Assembly: GCA_973895155.1 (NCBI GenBank)
Contig: OZ316895.1
Span: forward strand, 7,242,184 to 7,306,183
Origin: Marsupella aquatica
Taxonomy: Eukaryota > Plantae > Marchantiophyta
DNA length: 64,000 nucleotides
Direction of reading: 5' to 3'
This document shows positions 22,001 to 34,699 of the stretch, piece by piece. Numbering within the stretch: the stretch's first letter is position 1; each line of letters starts with the position of its first letter. Made by a program: the position numbers and the translations under genes. The notes under the pieces are model-generated. The model was not told the origin of the DNA, searched no databases, and saw nothing but the letters and a program-made list of their open reading frames with translations.

Positions 22001-23768
22001 GAAAGCCTCTGGGTAGGTTCTGAGCTGATCTACTGTAGGCATGGGCCTAACAAAATGGACAGTGGCCAATTAGGGGTATTGCAACAAATTAATAAATCTG
22101 ATAAAGGGAAATCTTTTCTAGTGTGATCTCGATCCGTGCACAATATTAAAAGGTCAAAAAAATTGACCATAAAGTCATCTCAAATGGGATCCAACTATCC
22201 TCTTTGTAACGAAAGATCCTGATCTGATCTTGATTCCTATATGTTTTTAAGAAAATTCAACACTGAGAAACTCGTTCCAGGAAAACAATTTGGAATGGGA
22301 TTCTGAGCTTAGAGCTCCAAACTGTGATTTTTCCATTTTTAAAGAGGAAGGGGAACTTGCCCTAGAAATTTGTGTGGACACCCTGAAAGGTTGGCTGTCC
22401 ATTAAACAGGGCAAGTAAATCTGACAACCTGCTAGTTACCACTAAGGTATTATAAGATGCACTAGAGAATCAAGTGAACGAACTCTAGTTTCAAAGGCCC
22501 ACCCAAAATTCCAGAAGCTCCTCGTTGAAGTTATGCTGGCTGTTGTTCGTCACGTGCACATCTGGTGAAAGGGCATGTGCATTGATTCGGAACGCTTACT
22601 TGCCACGCACCCTAATTTTCGCAAAAGACTACATGTTGCCATATAATATAGTTCGTACAATATGTTCCAACCCAACGAATGAATAAGATTCATCAATTCG
22701 CCATGTTAATAATGTGGACGTCAACTGCACAAGGGCCACTTCCCAGCCCTTCAATTTGTCCTCTGCAAGAACAACCCTTGCCCCACCTCGAGGGTCCACT
22801 ACTACAGGCTACTAGTAGTACAGGCTGCTTCGCTTTTGTCCACAATTTCCATGCAACGTCCAATCGCTTTTGATCATTTTGTCCTTTCATGTCTCGTTAA
22901 GGTGAATCAATCATTATCCTCATCCTTCCTCAATTAATATAATATGTACTATAGCAAAAACCTCATGCTTACAACCTAAATTTTCTTCAGATTTTTAGGT
23001 TTGCACTTGCTTTTTTTGGTTTGGTTTTTGTCCTCTTTGTACCACTTTTTCTCGCCATGCTTGTACTTCTTTTTTTCCGGTTATGTAAACTTTGGTGACT
23101 TTCTGTACTTGAATGAGGAAAGAAATATAAAAAAACATTCTAGGCTTGTTTGATCACCATTACATTCTGTGCATTGGGGTGCCCAAGGAGGTTTATTGTC
23201 TTGTGAGGAGAGCTCTGTACATAGGCTATTAGGGGTTGTGACAAGGGTACCAATTATGTATGTAACAATATAGGAATAAATGAATATATGATAATACATA
23301 TCATACATCTACACATATATACAGGATATATAAAGCATGGATGGGAGATTTATGACAAAGAAAAGAGATGTATTTTTGTTTGTTTAATTTTAACTTTGCT
23401 TGTTTTTTATGAATGCTAATCCCGTCCGGACAGATGGATGGTCAGACTCAAAACATTAGAAAATATTCAGATAGCACTCTTACAGTTTTGACCAGAATGT
23501 GACTTTCAACAGGTACTAACCATTTGCACTTAGTTTTCATTAGTCCGGGGTGGCAAGTCAAGGGCACACGCACAAATTACTTAAAGCATAGGTTACAAAA
23601 GTGAAGTGTTTTTCCTCAAAGTAGTAAGTTGCTGCTAGTGCCCAAACTGATCAGGGCATCCTTCACACAAGTTAAACGTCCATTGACAATTAATTTATTA
23701 TATTTGACCACTTATCCAGTATTACCACCGTGAGTGAGTGAGTGAGTCCTTCCTTAGGACAAGGAGGA

Positions 23769-26054
23769 GAGGTATATGCATAATAGACCCCCAAACAAAA
23801 GTTTCTTGCTTGATCAACCCCCAAAGTCCATTTATTACCAAATCTACCCCCAAAGTCCGTTTGTTACCCAATCGACCCCCTCTGATAGTTTCTTACACAT
23901 AGGTCTTGTGAGGAGCACTATAGGTAGACTTTACCACAGTGAACTTTAATTTTCTTATAATATGAATCGGTGGTCTTGCCCGTGGGGCGCCGCAATTGTG
24001 TCAAGATAGGTGTCCTCCCGCAATCCGCACATGATAAGAATGACACCGGACGCAGTTTTGGGTACTTTTGTGTTTGAAGACAAAACCAGTATGGTCTTCA
24101 GTCATTTAGGGGTTAGTCTTCAGTTGTCTCAAGTTTAGAGGTAGTAAAACTAGGGTCCTATCTCCACAATGTTCATCGTTACTTTGTTGAGAATCTTTAT
24201 CAGTGGATTCCACTAATCTTTATCAGTGCTTTCCACTAGGGACAATCTATTTTTGGATCTCCCCCACGAACAAATGCTTTGCTGGATTTCATTGACACCA
24301 ATTTGCTGAATTTGCACACTTGTGCTCACAAATTATTAAATGTTTTCAATCTTTATACCACCTCGGGCCCACTCTAAAGGGGGTCTCATATCAAGCTCAA
24401 ATTTTACAGCTATTAAACACCCTAAAAATAAGAAAAATAATTTTTTAAAACTATTTTTATCCCTATCTTTTTGGAATATTCTAAAAATATTCCCAACATT
24501 CATTTCTAAAACCGTCCTTATAATTCTCAAAATTGGATTTTAAAAACACTAGTGTTATTCTACATAAATTTAAAAATATTTTTCTCAACCCAATAAACAA
24601 CCCATATACTTACTTTTGCGTGTTGGGTAGAAAGGAAATAAATGAAAACCCTGGGTATACCACACGACCATTATGACAGCAATAATCCAAACACTTGTCA
24701 AATTCTCAAAAATCCTTAAGTTGCCCTTTTGAATTTGAGTTGTCTTTTGTCACAACATTATGAGTGCTATTAGAGTATATCATGTTGTGTGAGTTTAGAG
24801 CTTTCATATGTGTGCTATTTGAGTACTTTAGGGTTTCTCTATGTTTGGAGGGATAACTATCCCTTGTGATTGCTTGGAGGCTTCATCTTTAGATGTTGAG
24901 CCTTCAAGCATAAGCTTGGGCGGCTATGGTGTGGCCAACCAGGTTGTGTGCACATAAACATGGATTCCTTGAGTGAAAGGTGCATTGGGCTTGACATATG
25001 TGTGTGATCGGATCGGGTGTGATCAATTGTGTATTGTTGGCTATGATCATTGTTCAATTTTATTGAAGATTATTGTGGGTTTTGGACATGTGTGGACATG
25101 AGTTTCACTTGTATCCCATTCTCTTATGTTTGATTGTGCCTATGTTTGGATGTGTGTGACGCGATGTATGTTGTGTCTTCATGTGTAAGCGCACGACACT
25201 TTGTTTCCACTACAAGCAATTGAACTACGACACTTTGCATTATGTATTCTCAACAAGGTGTATTCCCAGGTGTATTAACAAAAATAAACAATTACATATC
25301 AACAACTATTAATGACAACATTAAATTCTTACACACCTTCTTATGGGCTTTCCTATCAAGTATCCTTGCCACATCCTAAATACATGTGCAATTGCGTCTT
25401 GTTTTTGGGCATGCTCTATCTTGTGGTGGTCTCGGTAGTGGTAATCTGTCACATTAAAGAATGTCCACTTCACACAGATCCCCTCTATGCCAAAGATGCA
25501 CAATGACATTGAAATCTCCAAGATCTGATATCCCTAAGTGTAATACACACCACTCCAATGTCATCCAGATTGCATGCAGCAAACTCTAAAAACACTAAGC
25601 TTCCCAATAACCTCCAGTACAATAGATTCCCCCAAACCTCATGACCACCAAAAGTCGTAGTGACCAAATGTGAAACAATGAACATTTGGACCACGTTTTG
25701 TGAGGACAATTGAACAATGGACATCTGAAGAGATTACACATATTGTCTTCACATCATTTTTGAAATCCTCGGTAGTCACCTTCGCGGCGCAGCCGGCCCT
25801 AAACCAAGCATTTGATGGTTTGGTCAAGTCGCTTGCACCCATGGACAGGTTCAGGTAGCTTGCAATTGCAATACACAGTTATGTCATGAACTGGGCTCAC
25901 TTTAGAACTCATATGCCATAGTACACAGTGTAATGCCCTATACAATAACATTTCACCAAAAACTATCAAAGGGGGTCGATTGGGTAACAAACGGACTTTT
26001 GGGGGTCGTCGCAGCAAGAAACAGTTGTTTGAGGGTCTGTTGAGCATATATCTC
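23769..26054. mobile_element. Non-autonomous Mutator-like element (MULE), 2286 bp
   Basis: TIRs of about 100-120 bp (GAGGTATATGC...AAAGTCCGTTTGTTACCCAATCGACCCCCT versus the inverse at about 25960-26054). Perfect 9-bp TSD CAAGGAGGA at 23760-23768 and 26055-26063. Confidence 0.88.
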
Positions 26055-27608
26055 CAAGGAGGAAGCAAAGGCCATCTGAAACTGCAATCTCATTGATTCG
26101 AACTAAGAAGGCCATGTTCTATGCTCCTAACCATTCAAACAGTTGTCCTACACACATTTGTTCTAGATTTCAGAACTATGTTGAGCTGCATGCCCATCTT
26201 AACAAACAAAGACAACTTGCCAAGCCAGCCCATTTGAGAGTCCAATTGTTCAACCTTGCACTTTCATGTGGCAGCTCCCCACTGTGTTTCCTGTGGGTCT
26301 GCATATCTCATCTTCATTACAGGAATAAGAGCCTTATTTGTGCAAGACCAACGCACAAGGAACCCCAAGATTCTACAGTCCAGGGACAGCTGGTCTAGGG
26401 AGCCCTGACTTCTCAGTATTGTGAGTGTAACACCTAGGCAAAACATTCAAAGGTTTGCAGTGCACATGGAATTGACACTAAGGGCTCTTCTGCATATTGC
26501 TCAGAAACTGAAATTATGTGACTATGGCTCATCAAACAATCCAAAAATATTTGTTTCCTGGGGTCAAGGACAAGCCGTAGACACTCATGGAACACAGCAT
26601 AATGTGGTCAGAAAGGGACTCTTTGAAAGTATTGTGGACAAACCTGGCTTCCTGCCACGAAACCTCCCCCTCAAAATAGTTAATTGATTTTTTACTGAAG
26701 CAACTCAGACAATTACACAGCTGCACATTAAAAGCAATGACCTCCCACATTGCACACATATACATACCCTTCAAACAGCCGAGTACACCAAAGCTGAGGA
26801 GAAGGAGTCAAATTTGATTACTCTTGGAATTTTGGGCCTGATTGACAGAATATTTTGTGGTCCTCCAGAAGCCTCCTTCATATAAATGTAAGCATCCTGG
26901 ATTGAACACTGACTTGTCAATGGATATATTGTGTTAAAATTGCAAGGAAAACTGGAGGAAACATTTCTGGCCGTTATCTCCTGAGATGAAAAACAATTAT
27001 TAGTTTGGGCTAACAGGGACTTAACTACGGTACAATTTCTCTTCCCTTAACCCTTACAGTGCTTTTCCAACTATGTACAATGTTACTCACACAGCACACC
27101 ATAAAAACATATCCCAAAGAATAGAAAATGCCAAACGTAGAAACATGATGACAAACAGAGAATACCAAAGAATTAGAAAAGCCAAACTTAGAGCATGATG
27201 CCAAACAGAGAACGCCCAATAAAGGACAGAAAACACTGCAAAGCCCGTAGAACATTTTAATATGTAGCAATTCGAGATAGATTCCTTGACTCATTTTTGC
27301 CAAGTGACTTCAGACAGTACAACAATTTTGAGACAAGTAGTCCACTTGTGGTTGTTGATATTATATTTATGCTGGAATTCCCGATTCATCGAGGAAGTTT
27401 TTCGCTGAACAAAATTGGACCACGTCTCAGGAGTCCATGTGAATTTTAGAGAGAACGTGCGCTTCGAGGACAATCATCAGGCTGTTGGCTCATCATTACA
27501 TCAGCTTGTCTCTCATCAGGGTGAAAGCATTTCACCTCAGAAGAGGTCCCACATTCAACCCCCCTTATGTGCAAGTGAGGTGTAGTGGTCTTCTCAGCCC
27601 CCCTGGCT

Positions 27609-28008
27609 AGTCCACCTTGGGGCAATGTGGGCCCTGGTTTAATTCTCTCCCCTTCCTGGTCCACTTTGGGGTAATGTGGACCCTGGTTTAATTCTCTCTC
27701 CTTCCTGGTCTACTTTGGGGCAATGTGGGCCCTGGTTTAATGCTCTCTCCTCCTGGTCCACTTTGGCCGGGCCGGGAGGGTTCGGGAAAGTCTGGGATCC
27801 AGCTGGGAGAGTTCGGGACCGGGTCGGGGATGGGTCGGGAATGTTTGGTCCTGGCCGGGGAATATAAGGGAATATTGGACAAATAAGTTGTTTTTGGGCG
27901 GACAAGTTGTCCTTTGTCACATAGGACAAGCAGACATCTTGTTCGACACTGAAAACCGGGACTTTGGGGCAAAGTGGGCCCTGGTTTAATGCTCTCTCCT
28001 TCCTGGTC
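27609..28008. repeat. 48-bp tandem repeat interrupted by a 194-bp GC-rich insert
   Basis: Unit TGGTCCACTTTGGGGCAATGTGGGCCCTGGTTTAATTCTCTCCCTTCC about 3.3 times (27609-27766), insert 27767-27960, then one more unit 27961-28008. Confidence 0.85.
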
Positions 28009-28825
28009 TGCTTGTGCTTCCCTGTAGGATTCCTAGGTGTTATTCACTTGTGGCTACCTTACATAAAATTGCATGCTCCAGAGCAGTTCTATACTATGTT
28101 GGATAGGCCTACTTGCAACTTTCAAGAATAAAAAGCACCTTGCACCAGGGCTCCCACCTTGGTGGTAAGGGGGGTGTCATTGCACCTCATAATGTGACAA
28201 TATATGTTATGTACTATATCATCATATCATGATAAATTTAACTATTCTGTGCTATTCATGGTATGTTACATGAACCCATTTGCGGGAACTGGGGATCCCA
28301 TTGGAACTCCAGCCCGCCATAAATTGTAGTGAGGGCAGCTGGGAGGGCAGTAAAAAATGTGTGAGGGAAAAATGTTTTTGATTTGAAATACACTATATCA
28401 AGCTAAATTATAGGTTGACTACATTTCATGCATAGTTTGAGTATTGTCTTCCTGGTTGAGGCTGTTGCCTGTACCCAAGTAGTCATTTTGAATCATGTTT
28501 GCGCGGATTTGTAGCAAGCGTTGCTGATTGCTCACCATGCTACAAATATTTCTGACTTTCACAGGGTTACAAGGAGACTTTTGTCAGCTCTAAGTAATGT
28601 ACATGATCATCGCACCATCAGCATTGCACCATGAGCATCGCCCCCAAGGTTGTAGCTCAATGGTTGGGGTATTGGCCTGAGACCCAACAGGTATTGAGTT
28701 TGAAATTGAGAAAGAATCTCCAGGGTATTTTCTTCTTGAAAACAATTTAATAACCCTTTGAGCTTAGAAATATTTGTGAAAGAGCTTCCAATTACCTTGA
28801 CATTGTTAGACATCATAACATATCT

Positions 28826-30850
28826 AACTATCTCAATACCCGTGCATTGCACAAAAGATGTAGTGACGGCCAGGATGTCATTGAGAACAAAAGAGGTCGT
28901 GTCGACCAAGAGGTTGTTGAGAAGAAAGAGTTTGTGTCGGCCAAGATGTTGTTGAGAACAAAAGATGTCGTGTCGGCCAAGATGCCGGTGAGAACAAAAG
29001 ATGACATGTTGCCCATGAGGTTGTTGAGAACAAAAGATGTCGTGTCCGCCAAGAGGTCATTGAGAAGAAAGACGTCATGTCACCCAAGATGTTGTTGAGA
29101 ACAAAATATGTCATGTTGGCCAAGCTGTTGGTGAGAACAAAAAATGTCATGTCGGCCAAGAAGTCATTGAGAACAAAAAATGCCATGTCGGCCAAGAGGT
29201 TGTTGAGAAGAACGATGTAATCGCGACAAAGAGGTTGTGGAGGAAATAGAGGTCGTGTTGCCAATGATGTCATAATGTGTTATGCCTGGAAAGCTTTGGT
29301 GAAGTATAACAATGTTGTTAAGTACAAAATAGTTCAATACTCATGCGTTGCACAAAAGATGTCATATCGTCCAAGATGTCATTATGTGAAAGATGCCGTA
29401 AGTAAAAAGATGTTGTTAAGAGAGATAAAGTTGTTTTGCCAAAGATGTAATTATATGAAAAACATTGTCAAGTAAAAGATGTTGTTAAGAAAAAAGAAAT
29501 CATTTTGCCAACCATGTCGTCAAGCAAAAAGTTGTCATCAAGTAAATAGTTGTGTCAAGTTAAAAATTGTTGTTACAAAAAAGAACTAGTTTTGCCAAAG
29601 ATGTTGTTATGTGAAAGATATCACGAATAAAAACATGTAGTTGAGTAAAAAGATGATGTGGTGCGAAATGGGTCGCTATGTGAAAAATGTTGTGAAGTAA
29701 AAAGATATCATCAAATAAAAGTGTGCCCCTTGCATGACACATTGCCATCAACGCTAGTGCCATGATCTTTACTATGTCTTTGGAGCTTATAATTTTTGTT
29801 TCTTTGGCAGTGAAAATGGCACACAAAATGAATGTAAAAAATCACCATAAATATTGGGAAAATAATATTTTATTTTATTAGTGTATGTAGTCCCCTATTG
29901 ACTGAAATAGTATCAGAAATTAACTCATACCCAATATTATACTAAACTATGCACTATCTTACTCATACTCTATTGAGTATGAACACCTTATTGAGTATGT
30001 ATAATACCCCTATCATGGAGGATGGATACTACTTGATACTTGTGCATTGTGTTAGTGAGGTCCCTTTTTTGTTTGTTTATCCCATTTGATTCTCTCGTAC
30101 TTGGACATTGGTGTGACTCTTTTTCATTCACACTAAATTAAATTAATTTTGTCTTTATTCATTCCTTCTACCAGATTTCTTATTTTTTGTGCTCTGCAAA
30201 TTTGAATGACGACCACAAGGAAAAAAAATGTAACCTTGTATTATAGAAGTTAATGTCGTGAAGTACAAAACTGTCATTAATAAAAAAAAGTCATGTTGCC
30301 AAAGATGTCATGATATGAACAGATGTTTTTAAACAATAAGTTGTGTTGCCAAAGATGTCAATATGTGAAAGATGTTGTCAAGGGAAAAGATGTTGCCAAG
30401 GTAAAAGATGTCGTTACATAAATACGTCATCAAAGTAGAAAGATGTCATAAAATAAAAAGATGTCGTGATGCCAGTAATTTTGTCATGTCCAACTGAAGA
30501 TGTCGTCAAGTAAAAGATGTTATAATGTCAAAGACGCTGTCAAGTAAAACTATGTCATGACTCCAAAGATGTCGTCAATTAAAAAAATGCCAAAAAATAA
30601 TATATGTTGTTGTTGCTCAAATGATGTCGCGAAGTAGAAGACATCATTGCACAAAAGATGTCTAAGAAATAAAAGATATAGTTTGGCAAAAGATGTCAAT
30701 GCATAACGGACATTGTCATACTAAAGATGTTTTTAAGAAAAATATCATGAACAGTGCAAGATATATCATTGAGTAAAAGATTTTTTTGTTAAAAAGATCT
30801 CATTGCACAAAATATGTTATCTAGTCAAAGATGTCATGGCACCAAAAAAG
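28826..30850. repeat. Degenerate about 33-bp AAAGATGTCG minisatellite arrays with a Helitron-like terminus
   Basis: AAAAGATGTCGTGTCGGCCAAGATGTTGTTGAGAAC units at 28850-29260, decaying to 29720 and resuming at 30250-30850. The left end AACTATCTCAATACCCGTGCATTGCAC is also present inverted at about 55920-55948. Confidence 0.7.
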
Positions 30851-31975
30851 GCTTGATAACAACCACAAACTACCTCCAGGTTAAGGATTACTTGGGTCTT
30901 TGTGTTTTCATGTTTTATAATTCCTTTAAATCACCCCCTTTTCACTCTTTATGTTTCTATCACATTATGTAATATTTGTAATCATTATAACTCTTCTTAT
31001 GATGATCATGTGGGTACTTGATATCTATCTCTAGGCATGGAGAGGAGTATTTCTTATGCATGGATACGGACTTCCTAGGCATGAATGGTATAATTCATAG
31101 ATGGTCTAGGATGTACTTGATTATTGTGCAGTACTCTTTATTTCTTACTTGGAAAACGTGTCACACTTCCCTCACACTAAATATAACTCTATTTATGTTT
31201 ATTCCTTCTCTTTGGTCAGATTCATTACTTTTTGGACACTTCAAATTCAAAAGACTACCATTACATAAAAAGGCGGAACATTGTATTATAGATTGAGGAC
31301 GAAAAGCAATATCGAGACTAATTAATGCTACTTAGCAATGATTAGCCCGTGCGTGCGTCCCTGCTGCCCGCTGTACCTCATGGCCTTATTAGTTTAAATA
31401 ACATATGCGAACGCTGATGATCATCATCAGGTCAGGGACTTTATGGTAGAGCCTGTGAGTGGGAGGCGACAGGTCTGGGGATCGAATTCTGGTGAGGCGT
31501 GTTCTTTTTAACAATCACCCCACCCAAAAGTGGGGTTCATTCAAAAGCTAGTGACACTTAGAAAAGTAGTGTCACCATTAGCGACAAACACGAACACGGG
31601 CAGAGGGCAGGGAATGTGGGCAGTCCAATACGCGAGGCATATTATGAGCCTCAAGATTGCTTTTCGTGGTGAATGTATTATAGTTCTTGATATATCACAT
31701 TTTTTGGAATTGATCTGCCCTTCCTTGAAAGTCAAGCAAAGGTGCCAACAAAATGATTTTGAGAATTGGGGGCCCCGTTGGTTGGACCTCCTTATCAAAA
31801 CTCTTGTATTTTTCCCATATTCAATTATTTTTCATATGCAAAGTTGATCCCACAATCATCGGGACTAGTGATCCATCAATTGCTAATTTGGTAATTGTGG
31901 TTATAATTTATATAGGGGAAAATTACTTTTGGCAAGGCGTGCATTGGAAAACTCCTGCTTTGCATATGTGTATTT

Positions 31976-32313
31976 TTTTAGGTATTTATTCAAGGTCTAG
32001 GGTTACGACGTGTAACCGTATTTAGACTAACCGTAGTCCGAGATGTGGTTAGGTTAACTAGGATGCACACTATATGCCAAGCGGTGTTTGATTGGATAAG
32101 TGGAGGCTCATTGTTATGGAGCCAGTTGAGAGATGAGGAGAGCTTACACTGTAGAGACTTGGTATAGCCGATGGGCTTAGAGTTCATTAAAGCTCTCTTG
32201 TGTGTTCTCGTGGACGTAGCCTCGAGGAGGTGAACCACATATCTCTTGTGTTGACTACTTGAGAGTTAGATGTGTCATGTGCTTACCATTGCGATTGTCG
32301 TCTATGCTCAACA
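31976..32313 (+). mobile_element. Solo LTR, copy 1
   Basis: T(T)TTAGGTATTTA...TGCTCAACA, homologous to 33360-33711. 5-bp TSD TATTT at 31971-31975 and 32314-32318. Confidence 0.85.
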
Positions 32314-32950
32314 TATTTTTCATATAATTTCTACAGCTGTCACAAGTAACTTTGGTGCACGACAGATTTTACTTGTGTGAAACCAAAGTCGTTTGGCATA
32401 GACCCCAGTTACATTCAGGAGGGAAATTCTGGAGCAGAACTATCTGGCCGGGGATTACACTGTAGAATGCTTCTCACAACTCACCCCTTGCCCCCTGGGT
32501 TGACCACAAGGCCCTGCTCAAATGTTTATTGTGTTTATAGTTCTTTTATGGTCTACTCACTTGGGACACTCTTGGGGGGCCTCCACTTATGACCCCTGGT
32601 AAGAGGCGGAGGGGAAGAATTCTATTGCATTGTATTCAAAGAAAATTATCTTACCAAAGACTCATTCTATATGACAAAGCCGCTCAGACAAACCCAAGAG
32701 CTCAAGAGGTCATTTATTTAAATATATGTCACATTTGCCTCCTATCAAATACCCATTCTATATGACCAAAATTGATATGCATGTCACGGACTCTATAGTG
32801 CTTTCCCATGGCACACCTCACATTTGAGCCCACATTTGAGCACTATGTGTTGGACATTAGAGTGTCAGTTTTCCCAAGGAGCCCACATTATGTCCAACAC
32901 AGAGTGTCACTCATGAACAAGCCTCCATCGCTATCACAATTTCCTGCTCC

Positions 32951-33278
32951 CTCGGGGGGGTCACTATATGGAGGGTCATACATCGCGTGCGACGTTTTAG
33001 GGTTTGACCCCCCTAACTTTAAAGTGAAAAATATTTTTTTGCAAAGCCCTTTCTTTCTTAAAATTTTGTCATTTTTTATTAAAAAACCCCTAAAAACTTT
33101 ATAGAAAGTATTTTTTGCAATTAAATAGGCCTATGTGTTCTTTAAAGTCGACCAATCAATAAAACATGCCCTATGTGTTCTTCCACCAAACTTTGGAAGT
33201 CTTCCGCCACACCCATTTAAATGGGCCTATACTTCGTCGCACGTGATGTGTCACTTCCGTGGAAGTGACCCCCCCGAG
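32951..33278. mobile_element. MITE with perfect 15-bp TIR and 8-bp TSD
   Basis: TIR CTCGGGGGGGTCACT / AGTGACCCCCCCGAG. TSD CCTGCTCC at 32943-32950 and 33279-33286. Confidence 0.92.
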
Positions 33279-33359
33279 CCTGCTCCTTAGTTGCTTCTAT
33301 GATCCATGGTCATTTGATCAGCGGTCATGCTTGGGGAATCCATTCAATCTGGTCCGGAG

Positions 33360-33711
33360 TGTTAGGTATTTACTCCTAGGTCTAGGGTTTATTATGACAT
33401 GTAACCATAGTTAGGCTATCCATAGTCGGAGATGTGTTTAGGTTAACTAAGTAGGTTGAACACTGTATCTTAAGCGGTGAGTGCTTGGATAAGTGGAACT
33501 AAGGCTCATTGTTATGGAGCCACTTGAGAGGTAAGGAGAGCTTACACTGTGGAGACTTGGTATGGTCGACGGACTTAGAGTTCTGTAAACTTTTCTTGTG
33601 TGTTCCCCGAGGACGTAGCCTCGAGGAGGTGAACCACGTTCTCTTGTGTTGATCACTTGTGCGTTGGATGTGTCATGTGCTTACCGTTGTGGATATTGTC
33701 TATGCACAACA
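33360..33711 (+). mobile_element. Solo LTR, copy 2
   Basis: TGTTAGG...CAACA ends. 5-bp TSD CGGAG at 33355-33359 and 33712-33716. Confidence 0.92.
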
Positions 33712-33779
33712 CGGAGCAAGCCAAGATATTTCCTCTATGCAGATTTTTCAAGCATTCAAGAATCCTTATATGTAGCATC

Positions 33780-33990
33780 TGCAAACAATGAGGGGACGGC
33801 TGCTGGAAAGAAACATGCAGCTGGGAAAAAGAGCTTGAAGAAGGCCAAGAATAGCCATGCTGATCAAAAAGGGGATGAAGACCCTGACGAATCTTCAACC
33901 ATTTGCTGGGAGGATGCAGATGTGATACAACTCATAGATTTCAAGGGTGAGATGGATGAAGAGTTCAAGCCAAATGCCAAGAAACAAGGT
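33780..33990 (+). pseudogene. Myb/SANT-like fragment, probably from a PIF/Harbinger accessory protein
   Basis: Translation WEDADVIQLIDFKGEMDEEFKPNAKKQG resembles the start of trihelix/Myb-SANT-like domains and is followed by a donor-like AG|GTGAAT. No complete gene; TE context. Confidence 0.4.
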
Positions 33991-34699
33991 GAATAGTCCA
34001 AGCTCCTTACAAGATTTCTCCTTGAATCTTTGCTTGAAGTTTTGATTAGAGTCTCTACTTGAATTTGTAGTTGAACCTCTGCTATTGTACAGTGCTTCAG
34101 TTTCTACTCAAATTTATAGTTAACATAAATTTATAGTTTATATCTCTTGTGTTAAGTACTCGTGAATTGAATGTGTCATGCACTTACCGTTGTGAATGTA
34201 GTCATCAACATTAATGACCCTACTCAAATGCTTGCAAAGTGAATTACCTTGTGTGAAGGAGAACACTATAGGAGGATTCTTTATCAAAATTTACCAGATT
34301 TATTTCTGACCTTCAAATCTCCTAATTGGAGGGTACCTATCAGATTCTTGCTAAATAAACAGGTCTTGACTAGGTGGGAATCTTGCTATGGAAAACACAA
34401 AACCTAGCAAATTTTAAGCCAAAAGTGGTCAGCAAGGTTGGATGTAGCTAATTCTTGCCACTAGACAAAAACCTTGAATACAATAACTCATGCCCTTGAG
34501 TTGCATATATATGGGAAGAAATCGAAGCCCATTTTCCCAGATAGAGGAGGTTTACCATGCATAAATTGGTTTTTGGTTTTTTCCTCATTAGCCTTAATAC
34601 CTGTGCAGATTGCACAGGAAAGGCTCCCTCTACCCTCCCCATGCGCTTTTTTACTCACAAGCATAATCTAGACATCAAAATTCTGTTAGCATTTCAAAA

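Noticed and set aside
19447-22890. Orphan minus-strand ORFs (171 aa at 19447-19962; a WEVALVQL-containing frame near 22600-22800)
   Set aside because: No coherent exon chain or family motif; CpG-depleted with stops, so probably decayed TE sequence.
26070-27450. Decayed coding-like region with splice-like sites, possibly a transposase remnant
   Set aside because: All frames are broken and no catalytic motif can be identified with confidence.
28607-29826. ORF-track proteins in minisatellites (also 18356-19130, 36949-37776, 61477-62147)
   Set aside because: They are translations of tandem repeats or TE UTRs with repetitive, non-protein-like composition.
31976-33711. A single 1.7-kb TRIM/LTR retrotransposon bounded by two LTRs
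   Set aside because: Each LTR has its own matching TSD, the outer flanks differ (TATTT versus CGGAG), and there is no PBS/PPT.
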